A stretch of 64,000 nt of DNA, from NCBI GenBank assembly GCA_051313645.2, contig JBNRSN020000002.1, positions 396,552,001-396,616,000 on the forward strand. The letters run 5' to 3'. This stretch comes from Centroscyllium fabricii (taxonomy: Eukaryota). Made by a program: the position numbers and the translations under genes. Positions 1 through 12,504 of this stretch are shown piece by piece. The notes beneath the pieces were generated by a model that was given only the letters and a program-made list of their open reading frames with translations, had not been told where the DNA came from and did not search any database. How positions within the stretch are numbered: position 1 is the stretch's first letter; each line of letters begins with the position of its first letter.

Positions 1-1195
1 CCCCAATTCACTTCAACCCTATGGTCAACCATCGCTCACGACCTTGGGGTAACCCTGCACCGAACCACTGCCTACCACCCGCAAGCCAACGGCCTCTGCG
101 AACGGTTCCACCGAACTTTTAAAACATCCCTGCGGGCCAGCCTCCAGGACGCAACCTGGACGGACCGCCTGCCCTAGGTAATGCTCGGCCTCCGCTCAGC
201 GGCCAAAGAAGATCTACACGCCTCGGCAGCCGAACTCGTTTACGGCCAACCACTAACCGTACCAGGCGAGTTCGTCGCAGAAACAACCGAACCCTGGTCG
301 GCCGAGCGCTGCCTCAGGGAATTCAACAACCAGGCAGCAGAATTCAAACCACTTCCGGTGGCCCGCCACGGTCAACCGGCGACACGAGTCCCCAACAACA
401 TTCAGGACGCCAAGTACATGTTTGTCCGCCATGACTCTCACAAAGCACCGCTGCAGGCACCGTACGACGGGCCATTCAGAGTGCTTCGGGCGGGACCCAA
501 GACTTTTGACATTCAAATGGGCAACAGAACTGAGACCGTATCCATTGACCGGCTCAAACCAGCACACGTAATGGCGGGCGAGACAACAGTCCCCGCACAA
601 CCACCTAAACGCGGCCGCCCTACCGCACCAAAACCCTCCCACACAGACCAACAAGCAACACATCACACGTGCCGGCCGTACCATCAGGCCACCTAAGCGC
701 CTCGCCTGAGGCGACACGGGCAGAGCATTGACGGCCCGCCACAACACCATCTTTCGAACCACGGAACAGCACACAACACCTGCCGGCCACAACACCAGGC
801 CATTGCGGCAAACTGTCGGACATTCTGTGTGTAATCGAAATGTGTGTCTGCTCTTTTTTTTGTCTCCCTCTCCTCTAGGAAACTACACTTCCCCTCGCGG
901 ATTCTGGGGGGGAGCTGTGTGGCGACACGCCCACCGGCAGCCACGAACCCGCGCTGGGAAGGCTGCAAAGCGGCCCCGCCCGTCGGAGGACGCACGGACT
1001 TCCCCGACGTGATGACGTCACCAGGTGGCCAGCCGGCAGTGACGTCCCCAGCGGCGGGACCTTTAAATACCTGAGCACCAGGTGGCTCAGTCTCTTTCTC
1101 CCTACCTGGCCCTAGCTGTAACAAGTAGTTAATAAAAACTCTGCTTTTAACCTCTCTGTGTCCAGCGTGGTCCTTCAGCCTTGCAGGCCTCAACA
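1..1195 (+). mobile_element. 3' part of a Ty3/gypsy (CsRn1-like) LTR retrotransposon: integrase remnant, PPT and 3' LTR (~916-1195)
   Basis: ORF 181-696 has the integrase C-terminal GPF...IDRLK motif; PPT GGGGGGGAG at 906-914; LTR TG...ACA with a TATA-like box and AATAAA at 1131; followed by a SINE tail. Confidence 0.85.
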
Positions 1196-1378
1196 TGGGC
1201 ACTAAATGCAGGCCTAACCAGCCAGCGACGCCCACATCTCATCAATGAAAAAAAAAAGATCTGAGACGGCCAGTTATGCGGTCACTGCTGATAAACATAG
1301 AAGATAGGAGTAGGCGTAGGCCATTCGGCCCCTCGAGCCTGCTCCGCCATTCAATGAGAAACGCTGGAGAAACTCAGC

Positions 1379-1702
1379 ATGTTTCCATTGGTGGGAGAGT
1401 CAAGTACTAGGGGACATAGATTCAAGATTAGGGGAGGGAGGTTTAGGGGGGAGGTAAGGAGAAATTTCTTTACCCAGAGGGTGGTGGAAGTCTGGAACTC
1501 CCTGCCTGTAAGGGTGGTGGAAACAGAAACCATCGCAACATTTAAAAAATATTTGGACCAGCACATGAAGGACCATAACATACAGGGATATGGGCCAGGT
1601 GCGGGCAAATGGGGTTAGTATAGCGAGGAGTTTCCTGGGCCGGTGCGGACTGGATGGGCCGAATGGCCCTTATCCGCACTGTAAAATTTCTATGATTCTA
1701 TG
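1379..1702 (+). mobile_element. 5'-truncated CR1 3' end, same family as the near full-length element at 14276-19752
   Basis: FPLVGESSTRGHRFKIRGGRF...RNFFTQRVVEVWNSLP; tail ttctatgattctatga nearly identical to the reverse complement of 14276-14600. Confidence 0.9.
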
Positions 1703-2140
1703 AACTCAGCAGGCCAGGCAGCATCGATGGAGAGAGAAACAGAGTTAATGTTTCAGGTCAATGGCCTTTCTTCAGAACTGGAGAAGCCAGGAGGGGCGAT
1801 AGATTTTAAAGCTAGTAGGGACGAGGGAGGGAGGGGGGCTGAAAGAACAAAGGAAAGATCAGCGACAGGCTAGAAGGTGGAGGTGGAGGATTCAGCCATG
1901 ATCTCATTGAATGGCGGAGCAGGCTCGAAGGGCCGAATGGCCTACTCCTGCTCCTATCTTCTATGTTTCTATATATTAGGAGAAATTCAAGGAACACAGG
2001 ATGGCTCTGGGTAGGTGTGAACGGCTCTAGCAGAGTAAAGAAAAAAGCCCAGACGAAAGTGTGGATTGAAAAGAGAGAGAAATTAGGTTATGATCTAAAA
2101 TTGTTGAACTCTAGGTTTAGTCCAGAGGGCTGTAGAGTAC
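1703..2140 (-). mobile_element. Penelope-derived non-autonomous element with degenerate hammerhead, interrupted by a CR1 tail
   Basis: Minus strand AGTT-CTGAAGA-AAGGCC-ATT-GACCT-GAAA-CATT-AACT at ~1742-1780; remnant resembling LQPSGLN.EFNNFRS* near 2085-2135. Confidence 0.6.
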
Positions 2141-3554
2141 TTGTTTGTTTTCTGGAGAATGATATAAACGAAGGTCAAGGTCAAATATTTTAACAAACGT
2201 TTTGTTTGTGGTCAATGCAATCAGGTTATTCCCATTTTAACTTCATGCCACTGTTCCTTTGAGTACTGCACATTCTATGCTGTTTTTAAATTCACTTTTA
2301 TCCATCCAAGTCACGGGGGTGAGATTTTCAGTTGCAAGTCAGTGTTGGCCTCATGGCAATTGTTTAATTGCCTCCCTCCCATATAGGGAACAACAATTGT
2401 TGTTTGGCTGCCTTCCTTCAAAAGCGAGGATAATCAATAATACTACTGCACAATTTGTCAATTTATTGTGAATATCTTATTCCCAATTTGCAATATAAAT
2501 ATCAACAGCATCATATTGCATGTTGGAGTCAATACAGTACAAAAGATTGTCACATTGCCAAATATTCAGTATAATTGGGGAATAAAATGCCCCCCCATAT
2601 TATACACAATTTATCAAAGTAAATGGAAGTGTAAATTGACTGCATCATTTTGTTTGCTATGTGGAGTCTTTTTTAAATTCACAGTAGGTTTTGGAAAACT
2701 GGAGATGTGATCTCTGACATTTTCTTTCCACTTCAGGACCAATAACAAAGTCTGCACTGATCCAAAAATTTAAAAAAAAAGAGACCGCAGAATCTAAAGA
2801 TTGAGAAAGCATTGGCTGCACGAGTGATGCAATAATGCCGTGTTACCAGTATTGGGGGTGTAAGGCGAGGGAAGCGAGAAGTGGAGTGGATGCCTTTGCC
2901 TGATCAGATGTGCCGGTGTGGTTTTGTGCCGGTGGCAGAGTTTAATCAGCGGGTGGATTAAATCCCCAAAGTAGAGAATGCATCTTGAACCAACCATTAC
3001 CCCCTCCCAACATACACACACACAAAGTTAGCTGTACAGAAAGATTCAGAGCTGAGGGCTGTAGGCTCCAGCAACCAGTTTACTCTTAAACTTCACCTAA
3101 ATTAATTGAAATTTAACTTGACTTAAAACAGATTTAAAAGGCAGTAGTAATGCCTCACTTATCGAAGTTTATCTACTTGCTGGCTGCTTGTTTCATTGGG
3201 GAGTGCAGCTGAACTCCTGGCACCTTTTGTGCTGCTCAGCTGCCTGCCGAATAAGTTATGGCTCCTGATTCTCCTTCAGCCCCGCTGCTTTGTCACCGAG
3301 TATTTTTCTGGGTGATCTTCAATGCTTGGACCGCATAGTGTGATCTGTGAAGGAAAATAACCTGCAGGTAGTTTCAGGTGCACACCGCTGGTGCTGCAGC
3401 CAGCCTCATTGCCACTGCTGGAAGATCAGAGGTTTCCACATTTAGCCCTATTGGACAGGGAAGTAGTTAGTACATGTACAAAATGAATCCCCCCTCTTCC
3501 CCGCCCACTCCCCTCACTGTGCAGTGGGAGAGAATACAACCTAAAAAGGGCTAA

Positions 3555-4385
3555 ATTATAAGAACAGGTTGTATAGACTAGGCCTGTATTCCCTTGAGTG
3601 TAAAAGATTGAGGGGTGATCTAATTGAGGTGTTTAAGATGATCAAAAGAGTTGATAGAGTAGAAAGAGAGAAACTATTTCCTCTGGTGGGGGGTGGGAGT
3701 CCAGAACAAGGGGGCATAATCTTAAAATTAGAGCTAGGCTGTTTAGGGGTGATGTCTGGAAGCATTTCTTCACACGAAGGGCAGTGGAAATCTGGAAAAC
3801 TCTCATCCAAAAAGCTCTTGAGGCTGGATCATTTGAAAAATTTTAAACTGAGATTAGAAACATAGAAACTAGGAGCAGGAGGAGGCCACTCGGCCCTTCG
3901 AGCCTGCTCTGCCATTCAATGAGATCATGGCTGATCATCCAAACCCAGCACCCTGTCCCTGCCTTCTCCCCATATCCCTCGATCCCTATCGAACCTGCAT
4001 ATCCCACCCTATCCCTGTAACCCCACATATTCAATCCCCCTAACACTAAAGGTCAATTTATCATGGTCAATCAACCTAACCCGCGCATCTTTGGACTGTG
4101 GGAGGAAACCGGAGCACCCGGAGGAAACCCACGCAGACACGGGGAGAATGTGCAAACTCCACACAGATAGTACCCGAGGCTCGATTTGAACCCGGGTCTC
4201 TAGTGCTGTGAGGCAACAGTGCGAACCACCGTGCCGCCCGCTTGATAGGTTTTTGGTAGGTAAGGGTATTGAGGGTTACGGAACCAAGGCAGATAGATGG
4301 AGTTGAGATACAGATCGGCTATGATCTAATTGAATGGCGGAGGAGACTGAGTTGAATGGCCTACTCCTGTCCCTATGTTCCTACA
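3555..4385 (+). mobile_element. CR1 3' fragment interrupted by a V-SINE
   Basis: RLGLYSLE..RLRGDLIEVFK; CR1 tail at ~4300-4385. Confidence 0.85.
3856..4239 (-). mobile_element. V-SINE (HE1-like), long-tail form
   Basis: tRNA-like head, V-domain GTGGAGTTTGCACATTCTCCCCGTGTCTGCGTGGGTTTCCTCCGGGTGCTCCGG, CR1-derived tail. Confidence 0.9.
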
Positions 4386-4514
4386 GCCTATCTATAATAT
4401 GGGTTATTCTGCATTATGGAAACCACAATCTCCATGGAACTTGCAAGTGTTGGATTGCTGTAGAGAGGTGGCAGAGCATGAGGCCAGCATCCCAGATTGG
4501 GAGCCATCCTGATG

Positions 4515-4962
4515 TTGAACTCGAGGAACGGCGGCACCTCTTTCGATTAGGCACTCTGCAGCCCTCGGGACTCGACATCGAGTTCAACAATTTCAGATTA
4601 TAACCTCGGCCCCTATTATATATAATATATATAATTTTCTTCTTCCCTCTTACATGGCAGCTGTCCTTCATTCTGCCAGGGCCATTCACACTTCATCTAG
4701 AGCCATCCTTCGTTCCTTGATTATCTCGTAATGTCTCTTAATCTCTCCTGCTTTCTATCCTATCACTGACCTTCCCTGTTTTCCCAGCCCCCACTTGCTT
4801 TAAAATCCATCCCTTTTCCTGCTTTTCTTCCCAGTTCTGACGCAGCGTCTTCGACCTGAAACGTTAACTCTGTTTCTCTCTCCACGGATGCTGCCCTGGC
4901 CTGCTGAGTTTTTCCAGTGTTTTCTGTTGTTTCAGATTTCCAGCATCCGCAGTATTTTGCTA
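4515..4962 (+). mobile_element. Penelope-derived non-autonomous element (GIY-YIG C-terminal remnant plus degenerate hammerhead)
   Basis: LEERRHLFRLGTLQPSGLDIEFNNFRL*; AGTT-CTGACGC-AGCGTC-TTC-GACCT-GAAA-CGTT-AACT at ~4833-4869. Confidence 0.7.
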
Positions 4963-5329
4963 TCGTGCTGATGTTGAAGCTGTTGGCACCAAGCAGCAGC
5001 CAGTTGGAGAACAATTTTATTTTATATAACCTAAAGCATGGAAAATGTGGCCATCATTGTTGGTACTCTTTTCCACATACCTATATCCTGGTGAAGACTA
5101 CCTGGGGTGACTTTAAAACATTAAAAAAAAATGCTGTCCATGAAAGTGCCTTATTGCTCACTGTCTCCTTGTGGGGTGAAGACAGACACAATTCAGGATC
5201 CTCACACACTTTGGCAGGTCACACTATTTGTTCTAGTGTATTATACTTGTATGTTAGCGCTGCAGATGTTCCCTTACCCTTTATCCCTCCCCTCATTAAA
5301 AGGTTAACTGTGGAAGTAGGGTATAGTTC

Positions 5330-5935
5330 CATAGATACCAGTGATCCTCTGGTCATTTCTGTGTGAGGCTATGTTTTGGGTATTATGCTATTTGACTGTG
5401 GAAGTTGTCATGGTTGAGTCCAATCCTGTCCACACCCAACATCACGTGCACTTCCAGAGGGGGGTACTGGACAGCAGACAGGAACAGGAACCTCGGCCAG
5501 TTTATCTCCATTCAGTCTAGCACAGCGCCCCTGAGGTCAACTTGTTGTTTTGGTTGAGATTAGCTAACTCAGCACAGATCTGGCTTTCATGGGCTGTGAA
5601 GCTCCGTGTCATAACATGTTCTGCATTCACCTGCTAATCCATGATGGCAGGAGGCATTCTTCGCATTTTGTGAAATGCACCAGTGATGGATTTGCCAAAA
5701 TCATTTTCGAACTTGATTTGCCAAGTGGCCTGTTTCTGTGCTGTAAAAACAAAGTAACTTTTGCACAGGGTTAGAAGGGGAAAAATCAGGGAATTCCTGC
5801 TTCTGATGACCCCTGATGGGAAGACCCCTGATGGGAAGAGATGAAAGGATCCAGTGTGTCTGTGATGTTCTCTTGCTGGGATAGCCTGACATTCTGAGCT
5901 CAAACATGAGGAATAGGCACTTGGACAAGGTACAG
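5330..5935. mobile_element. Two old, divergently oriented AmnSINE2-like SINE remnants
   Basis: Motifs gagattagctaactcagcacaga (minus copy) and ggggaaaaatcagg...tgacccctg...atagcctg...cacttggacaaggtac (plus copy) recalled from the AmnSINE2 consensus. Confidence 0.5.
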
Positions 5936-7390
5936 AGAAACATAGAAGATGGGAGCAGGAGTAGGCCATTCAGCTGCTCAAGCCTGTTCCGCCATGCAAT
6001 GCAATCATGGCTGATCATCCAAACTCAGTACCCTGTCCCTGCCTTCTCCCCATATCCCTTGATTCCTTTAGCCTTGAAATATATCAAACTCCTTCTTGAA
6101 TATGAATTGGCCTCAACTGCCTTCTGTGGTAGAGAATTCCACAGGTTCACCACTCTCTGGATGAAGATATTCCTCCTCATCTCTGTCCTAAATGGCTTAC
6201 CCCTTATCCTTAGACTGTGACCCCCTGGTTCTGGACTCCTGCCATCGGGAACATCCTTTCTGCATCTAGTCATGTTAGAATTTTGTAAGTTTCAATGAGA
6301 TCCCCTCTCATTCTTCTAAACTCCAGCGAATATAAGCCCAATCTCTCCTCATACGTCATTCCTGCCATCCCAGGTATCAGTCTGGTGAATCTTTACTGCA
6401 CCCTCCATGGCAAGAACATCTTTCCTCAGATAAGGCGACCAACACTGCACACAATACTCAAGATGTGGTCTCACCAAGGCCCTGTACAACTGCAGCAAGA
6501 CATCTTTGTTCCTGTACTCTAATCCTCTCGCTACGAAGGCGGTGGCGTAGTGGTTATGTCACTAGACTAGTAAGCCAGAGGCTCAGTCAAATGCTCTGAG
6601 GATATGGGTTCAAATCGCACCATGGCAGCTGGTGGAATTTAAATTCAATTCAATTTACTTCTGGAATTAAATGTTAGTCTTAAGTAATGGCGACCATGAT
6701 ACCATTGTCGATTGTTGCAAAAACCCATCTGGTTCACTAATGTCCTTTTTTAGGGAAGGAAATCTGCTGTCCTTACCTGGTCTGGCCTACATGTGACTCC
6801 AGACCCACAGCAATGTGGTTGACTCTTAATGCCCTCTGAAATGGCCTAGCAAACCACTCAGTTGTAAACAACCGCTAATGCCCTCTGAAATGGCCTAGCA
6901 AACCACTCTGTTTTTCGTAGCGGTTGTTTACAACTATCAGACTGCGGCAGTTCAAGAAGGCGGCTCACCACCATCTTCTCAAGGGCAATTAGGGATGGGC
7001 ACTAAATGCAGGCCTAGCCAGCCAGCCATGCCCACATCCCATTAATGAATAATTTTTTTTTAAAAACATACCTTTTGCCTTCTTAACCGCCTGCTGCACC
7101 TGCAATCTTGCCTTCAGCGACTAGTGCACAAGGACACCCAGGTCTCGTTGCACTTCCCCTTCTTCCAATCTATTGCCGTTCAGATAATAATCTGCCTTCC
7201 TGTTTTTGCCATCAAAGTGGATAACCTCGCATTTATCCACATATGGCAGATGCAGTATAATTACCCAATCTGTCCAAATCATACTGGAGCTTCTCGGCAT
7301 TCTCCTCACAGCACATGCCCACCCAGCTTTGTGTCGTCTGTAAACTTGGAGATATTACATCTAGTTCCATCGTCTAGATCATTAATATAT
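5936..7390 (-). mobile_element. Degenerate CR1 3' half, interrupted by a SINE
   Basis: GHSLRIRGKPFRTEMRRNIFIQRVVNLWNSLP; KCEVIHF...QRDLGVLVH. Confidence 0.85.
6538..7062 (+). mobile_element. tRNA-derived SINE, second family, sharing its 3' tail with the LINE at 29382-34025
   Basis: A box GGCGTAGTGG, B box GGTTCAAATC; tail gggatgggcactaaatgcaggcc...gcccacatccc also at 1196-1250 and reverse-complemented at 29385-29450. Confidence 0.8.
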
Positions 7391-7391
7391 A

Positions 7392-8555
7392 CAGGCAGAG
7401 TAGTAGCAGTAGGTGCAGGCAGGGGTCCCTTGTGGCCATCCCACTCTCAAACAGATATACCGCTTTGGATATTGTTGAGGCAGCAGCAGCCAACTTCCTG
7501 GCACCGTTTGTGGTTCTGCTGCACGAGGGGAGGTAAATGAGTGGGAGAGCTATAGTAATCAGGGATTCTATTGTAAGGCAAATAGATAGAAACATAGAAG
7601 AAACATAGAAACATAGAAGATAGGAGCAGGAGTAGGCCATTCGGCCCTTCGAGCCTGCTCCGCCATTCAATGAGATCATGGCTGATCATCCAAACCCAAC
7701 ACCCCGCCCCTGCCTTCTCCCCATATCACTCGATCCCTATCGAGCCTGCACTGACACACATCCCACCCTATCCCCATAACCCCACATATTCAATCCCCAT
7801 AACCCCACATATTCAATCCCCCTAACACTAAGGGTCAATTTATCATGGCCAATCAACCTAACCCGCACATCTTTGGACTGTGGGAGGAAACCGGAGCACC
7901 TGGAGGAAACCCACGCAGACACGGGGAGAATGTGCAAACTCCACACATAGTACCCGAGGCTGGATTTGAACCCGGGTCTCCAGTGCTGTGAGGCAACAGT
8001 GCTAACCACTGTGCCACCGTGCCGCCAGATAGGAGTTTCTGTGGCTGCAAACGAGACTCCAGGATGGTATGTTGCCTCCTTGGTGCAAGGGTCAAGGATG
8101 TCTCGGAGAGGTTGCATAGCATTCTGGAGAGGGAGGGTGAACAGCCAATTGACTTGGTGCATATAGGTACCAACAATAAAGGTAAAAACTGGGATGAGGT
8201 CCTAAAAGCTGAATATAGGGAGTTAGGATGTAATTTTTTTTTTAAATAGGACCTCAAAAGTAGTAATCTCAGGATTGCTACCAGTGCCATGAACTAGTCA
8301 GTAGAAATAGAAGGATATTTCAGATGAATATATGGATAGAGGAATATTGCAAGGGAGAGGGTTTCAAATTCCTGGGACATTGGAACCGGTTCTGTGGGAG
8401 GTGGGACCAGTACAAATGGGACGGTTTGCACCTGGGCAGGACCAGGACCGATGTCCTTGATGGAGTGTTTGCTAGTGCTGTTGGGGAGGGTTTAAACTAA
8501 AATGGCAGTGGGTAGGGAACCTGTGCAGAGAGACCGAGGAAAGGAAAGCAAGGAT
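7392..8555 (+). mobile_element. CR1 ORF1 (SGNH esterase) fragment
   Basis: GDSIVR...RDSRMVCCLLGARVKDV...VHIGTN...DGLHL, homologous to ORF1 at 17274-18227. Confidence 0.8.
7590..8026 (-). mobile_element. V-SINE, long-tail form
   Basis: V-domain and CR1 tail; flanked by an AGATAG duplication. Confidence 0.9.
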
Positions 8556-8781
8556 AGAAGTGTAGCCCTGTGAATAATTGGGCTGTTAAGGGGGTGGACT
8601 TTAGGACCTGGGAGACAGACACAAACAGCCCAGAGCCAGCAGCTGTTGATAATTAAAACAGGAGTGCAAAAAGGAGTCACATGACCCCAGGAGAGGAGTA
8701 TAAAACAGGCAGTTTAAGTTGGAGTCTGCCAGAGGAGGAGGTTGGAGTCTGGACAGGAGAGAAGAAGGAGTTTTGGGAGGA

Positions 8782-8915
8782 GAAGGAGCTTTTTGGAGCA
8801 TAGGCTGAAGGAGAGAAGGAGCTTTTTGGAGCGTGGGCTGAAGGAGAGAAGGAGCTTTTTGGAGCGTGGGCTGAGGGAAACAAGGAGCTTTTTGGAGCGT
8901 GGGCTGAAGAAAGGA
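8782..8915. repeat. 33-bp tandem repeat, ~4 copies
   Basis: GGAGCTTTTTGGAGC recurs at 8785, 8818, 8851, 8884. Confidence 0.9.
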
Positions 8916-8953
8916 GGAGTTGGAGTCTGGGTAAGGGAGCAGAGCTGGAAGCT

Positions 8954-9117
8954 GTGAGTAGCAGTCCTCGGATAGAGGGCTGTGTAATGCTCAGCAGTCT
9001 TCCTAAGCCGTGAGTAGCAGTCGTCGGATAGAGGGCTGTGTAATGCTCAGCAGTTTTCCTAAGCCGTGAGTAGCAGTCGTCGGATAGAAGGCTGTGTAAT
9101 GCTCAGCAGCCTTCCTG
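8954..9117. repeat. 56-bp tandem repeat, 3 copies
   Basis: GTGAGTAGCAGTC recurs at 8954, 9010, 9066. Confidence 0.9.
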
Positions 9118-9722
9118 GAGCCACTGGGCTACCTCTGAGTAGCACAGAGCGAACCCCAGAGCGGCAGAAGCCCGGAGAGGCAGTATACCATTGAGAGAGA
9201 AGGGGGAAGGAGTTGGAGAGCAGTGGACTCCTTTAAGCCATAACTGGTCTTGGGAATATGCTTTAACGAGATTATAGAGGGCTTTGAACCAAAGTTTAAT
9301 ACCGATAACTCATGAGAAGATGTTCGACTAGTTAACAGGTTAATGTTTAGTCTTGAAAGTATGAGACTGAAGAGTGTTTGCTCATTGTATTCAAATTTAC
9401 TGGAATTGTAGTTATAAAGGATCCAAGATTCACTAACGAAAGATGGAGTTAAAGAACTCGGGGCCCCCTCAATTCACGGAACGGATTGACTGGGCTACAG
9501 AAGCAAAAGACAGGAAAGAGAAAAGCAAGAGTGGCAGTCGGAGTAATCAAGGGTTTAAATCAAACCTGGCCACAGTAAATAATAATTCTAAATTTAAGTT
9601 TAAAAAAGTGCTCATCAGTTTGACCACCAGGCACTTGAAGACTCCAGGACAGATCAAGTTGTGTTCTTATTAAATCTATGTATTATTGCTTAAATAAAAG
9701 ATCTCCGAGAGAGAGATGGTAT

Positions 9723-11384
9723 TGTAGGGGTTCTCCAACCTCCTCCTCGAATTTCCAGCAAAAAGACGCAGTGCACGGGAGCACAGGGACAACAGGTCTT
9801 TATTTCAGAAGCTCAACAAACGACTGTTGGCAAAGAGCGCAAAAGCACAAAGCATCATGGAACGAGGAGTGGACGGTTCCCTAGGCCACTCAGGAACCAG
9901 GACAGGGTTGTCGGCTGCCCAATGGCAAAATATGGGCGGGGCCAACTGAGAGATGGTGATTGTGGCTTAAAGGGAAGACCTAGGTTTGCCCGGGTAGCAA
10001 CGCTACATACGCCCCCTCACAATCCCCATGAACATGGTAGGTCAGCCTCCGGGGAGGTCTGACCAAACGGTCGGAACGTGTGGGACAGCCCGCGGGCGTG
10101 AGTGAAACCGGGACGGGCGTGCCTTGGGCGGGGTTGAGGTCCCGCGGGGGCGAGGCAGTGGCGGGCGAGACCGGCGTGGCCACCGGGGGCGGTGAGGGAG
10201 ACGGGGCTCGGTAGGCAGGCTCGACCGGGGCTTGGTCGGGTGTGGCCACACTGGTGGAGGGGAAAAACTCCACGCAGGGGGCCGAAGGCCATTGCTCAGA
10301 ACAAGTGGGATCTAAGTGCGCCGCTTTGAGTCTGTCAATGGACACGAGGTCCCTTCTGCCACCGACCGCGAGGAGGAAAGCTTTATCCCCCGCCTCAAGG
10401 ACACGGAAGGGGCCTATGTATGGCGCCTGTAACGGTGTCTTGTGGGCGTCCTGGCGCACAAACACGAACTGGGCCTGGCAGAGCTCGGCAGACATGTGGG
10501 ACGACCGGGCCCCGTGTGAAGTGGGCACCGGGAGGATGCGAAGGGCCGGGTCGTTGTGGCGATCCAGCTGCTCGCCTGCCGACCAACCCGCGGTGACGGA
10601 AGGGAGGAACTCCCCGGGGATGCGGAGGGGTTGGCCCAGGACGAGTTCAGCCGAAGAGGCGCCAGGGTCGTCCTTGGGCGCCGATCGCAGCCCAAGCAGG
10701 ACCCAGGGGAGTCTGTCGAGCCAGTCGGCGTCGGCCAAGCTGGCACGGAGTGAGGCCTTGAGGGCGCGGTGGAACCATTCGCACAAACCGTTGGCCTGGG
10801 GGTGGTAGGCCATTGTGCGGTGTAACGTGGTCGCTAGGCCGGCGGCGATGGCGCCCCAGAGTTGGGAGGTGAACTCCGGGCCCCTGTCGGAGGTTATGTC
10901 GGACGGGACCCCGAACCGGGCTACCCAGGCGGCGATGAAGGCGCGTGCCACATCGGCCGTGGTAGTGGAGGACAAGGGGACGACCTCCGGCCACCTGGTA
11001 GTGCGGTCGACGACGGTGAGGAGGTGCAGGGCCATTCGGCGGCCGTGACCTGCGCGTTTGAGTCTGGCAATTCGCTGACTGACATCGGGGTCACCAATTG
11101 TAGTGGTTCTCTAACCTCCTATTTGAATTTTTCAGCAAAAAGACGCAGTGCACGGGAGCACAGGGACAACACGTCTTTATTTCGGAAGCTCAACAAACGA
11201 CTGTTGGAAAAGAGCGCGAAAGCGCAAAGCATCATGGAACGAGTGATGGATGGTTCCCTAGGCCACTCAGGAACCAGGACAGGGTTGTCGGCTGCCCAAT
11301 GGCAAAATATGGGCAGGGCCGACAGAGATGGGGGTTGTGGCTTAAAGGGAAGACCCAGGGATTTGCCCGGGTAGCAACGCTACA
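9723..11384 (-). mobile_element. Internally deleted CsRn1-like gypsy element: two LTRs, tRNA-Trp PBS, integrase only
   Basis: LTRs 9723-10007 and 11099-11384 (TG...CA); 4-bp TSD GTAT; PBS TGGTGACCCCGA; PPT GAGGGGG; ORF 9980-11035 VVDRTTRWPE...SDRG...HPQANG...GPF. Confidence 0.92.
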
Positions 11385-11428
11385 GTATCTGTGTTTATGT
11401 TAAGGTGGCTTCAGGTCCACAAACCCCA

Positions 11429-11652
11429 CTTGAAGAAAGACTGGACAGGCTGGGTTTGTTTTCCTTGGAGCAGAGAAGGCTGAGGGGGGACCTGATGGAG
11501 GTGTACAAAATTATGAGGGGTATAGATAGGGTAAATAGAAAGGATTTTTTTCCCTTGGTAGAGGGGTCAATAACCAGGGGCATAGTTTCAAGGTAAGGGG
11601 CAGGAGGTTTAGAGGGGATTAGGGCCTCTTTCTGTGCTGTATAACTCTTATG
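11429..11652 (+). mobile_element. CR1 3' fragment
   Basis: EERLDRLGLFSLEQRRLRGDLMEVYKIMRG. Confidence 0.8.
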
Positions 11653-12299
11653 ACTAACATCCAATGTGGGAGGTGAGAAAGTCATAAATAATTCCTAGAC
11701 TGGTAAAATACCCAACTCTGGTGCTCGGGTGGGGGAGAAAATTGCATTATTCCTGGTTTTGCAGATTTGCCATTGCTATGTGTTATAAACCACAGTATAT
11801 ATTCATAGAAAAATCCTGCCTCTTGTGTTCTGATTTATCTGCAAATAAGACAGCCAAATTAAGAAAATTATAAGTGTTGAGAGGGTTAGAGGTCAGATAA
11901 ACCATGCTGTATCTCCACATTCAATTTGTTGTCCCAGTCACTCCTATTTGACTGCAAACCTGATCCAGTGTGCAAGTAGAACTGAAACACCTGCTTAATT
12001 AGGTTTAATCTGTGTCACTTCCTAATACAGGGTAATTAATTTTTGCTTTTTGTTGGTATGTATGCCTGCTCACTGGTTTCTAGTTTGGATCTGAGTTAAT
12101 GTTTAATTGGTTGCAGCCAGCTTTGTAAAAACATAAGCGCAAGGGCAGCCAGACCAGTCCGTATTTCAGGCATGGTGTGAACACCATCAAAATTACTCCT
12201 AACCAAGATGAATATTTGATGGGAATCCTCAATTGATCTTGTAGTCTAAACCAGTGTCTTTTAAAATGTGTGACATAATATACCCCTTTTATTATTTAG

Positions 12300-12501
12300 C
12301 ACACTGGAAGGGAACTGCGTTGATGATGCTTTACAAGGACAAGCTGTGTACACCTACGAGGACGGAAGTACCCTCCATGGTACCTACATTGACGGAGAAT
12401 TGAATGGCTTAGCTCGGGAATATGATTCGGAGGGACAATTGACCTTCAGGGGTCAATACAGAGACGATGTTCGATGGGGTGTTTGCTGGATGTATTTTCC
12501 G
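12300..12501 (+). CDS. SETD7: SETD7 coding exon 3 (MORN-repeat region)
   Basis: tttag|C...CCG|gtaag; translates (S)TLEGNCVDDALQGQAVYTYEDGSTLHGTYIDGELNGLAREYDSEGQLTFRGQYRDDVRWGVCWMYFP, matching vertebrate SETD7; 202 bp. Confidence 0.96.
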
Positions 12502-12504
12502 GTA

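Larger units (their letters stand above)
8561..11428 (+). mobile_element. Probable solo LTR (~1.2 kb without its nested insertion) with internal tandem repeats
   Basis: Starts TGTAGC; TATAAAA at ~8699; 33-bp x4 and 56-bp x3 repeats; AATAAA at ~9692; sequence resumes after the nested element; no clear TSD. Confidence 0.5.

Noticed and set aside
2200-3540. Unassigned segments, also 37400-39050
   Set aside because: I could not support any coding, repeat or structural signal; a cross-species alignment would be needed to detect conserved elements.
1-12299. SETD7 exons 1-2 (MDSD..., GHLDDDGLPHG...)
   Set aside because: I found no matching reading frame with splice sites; they are presumed upstream of the window.
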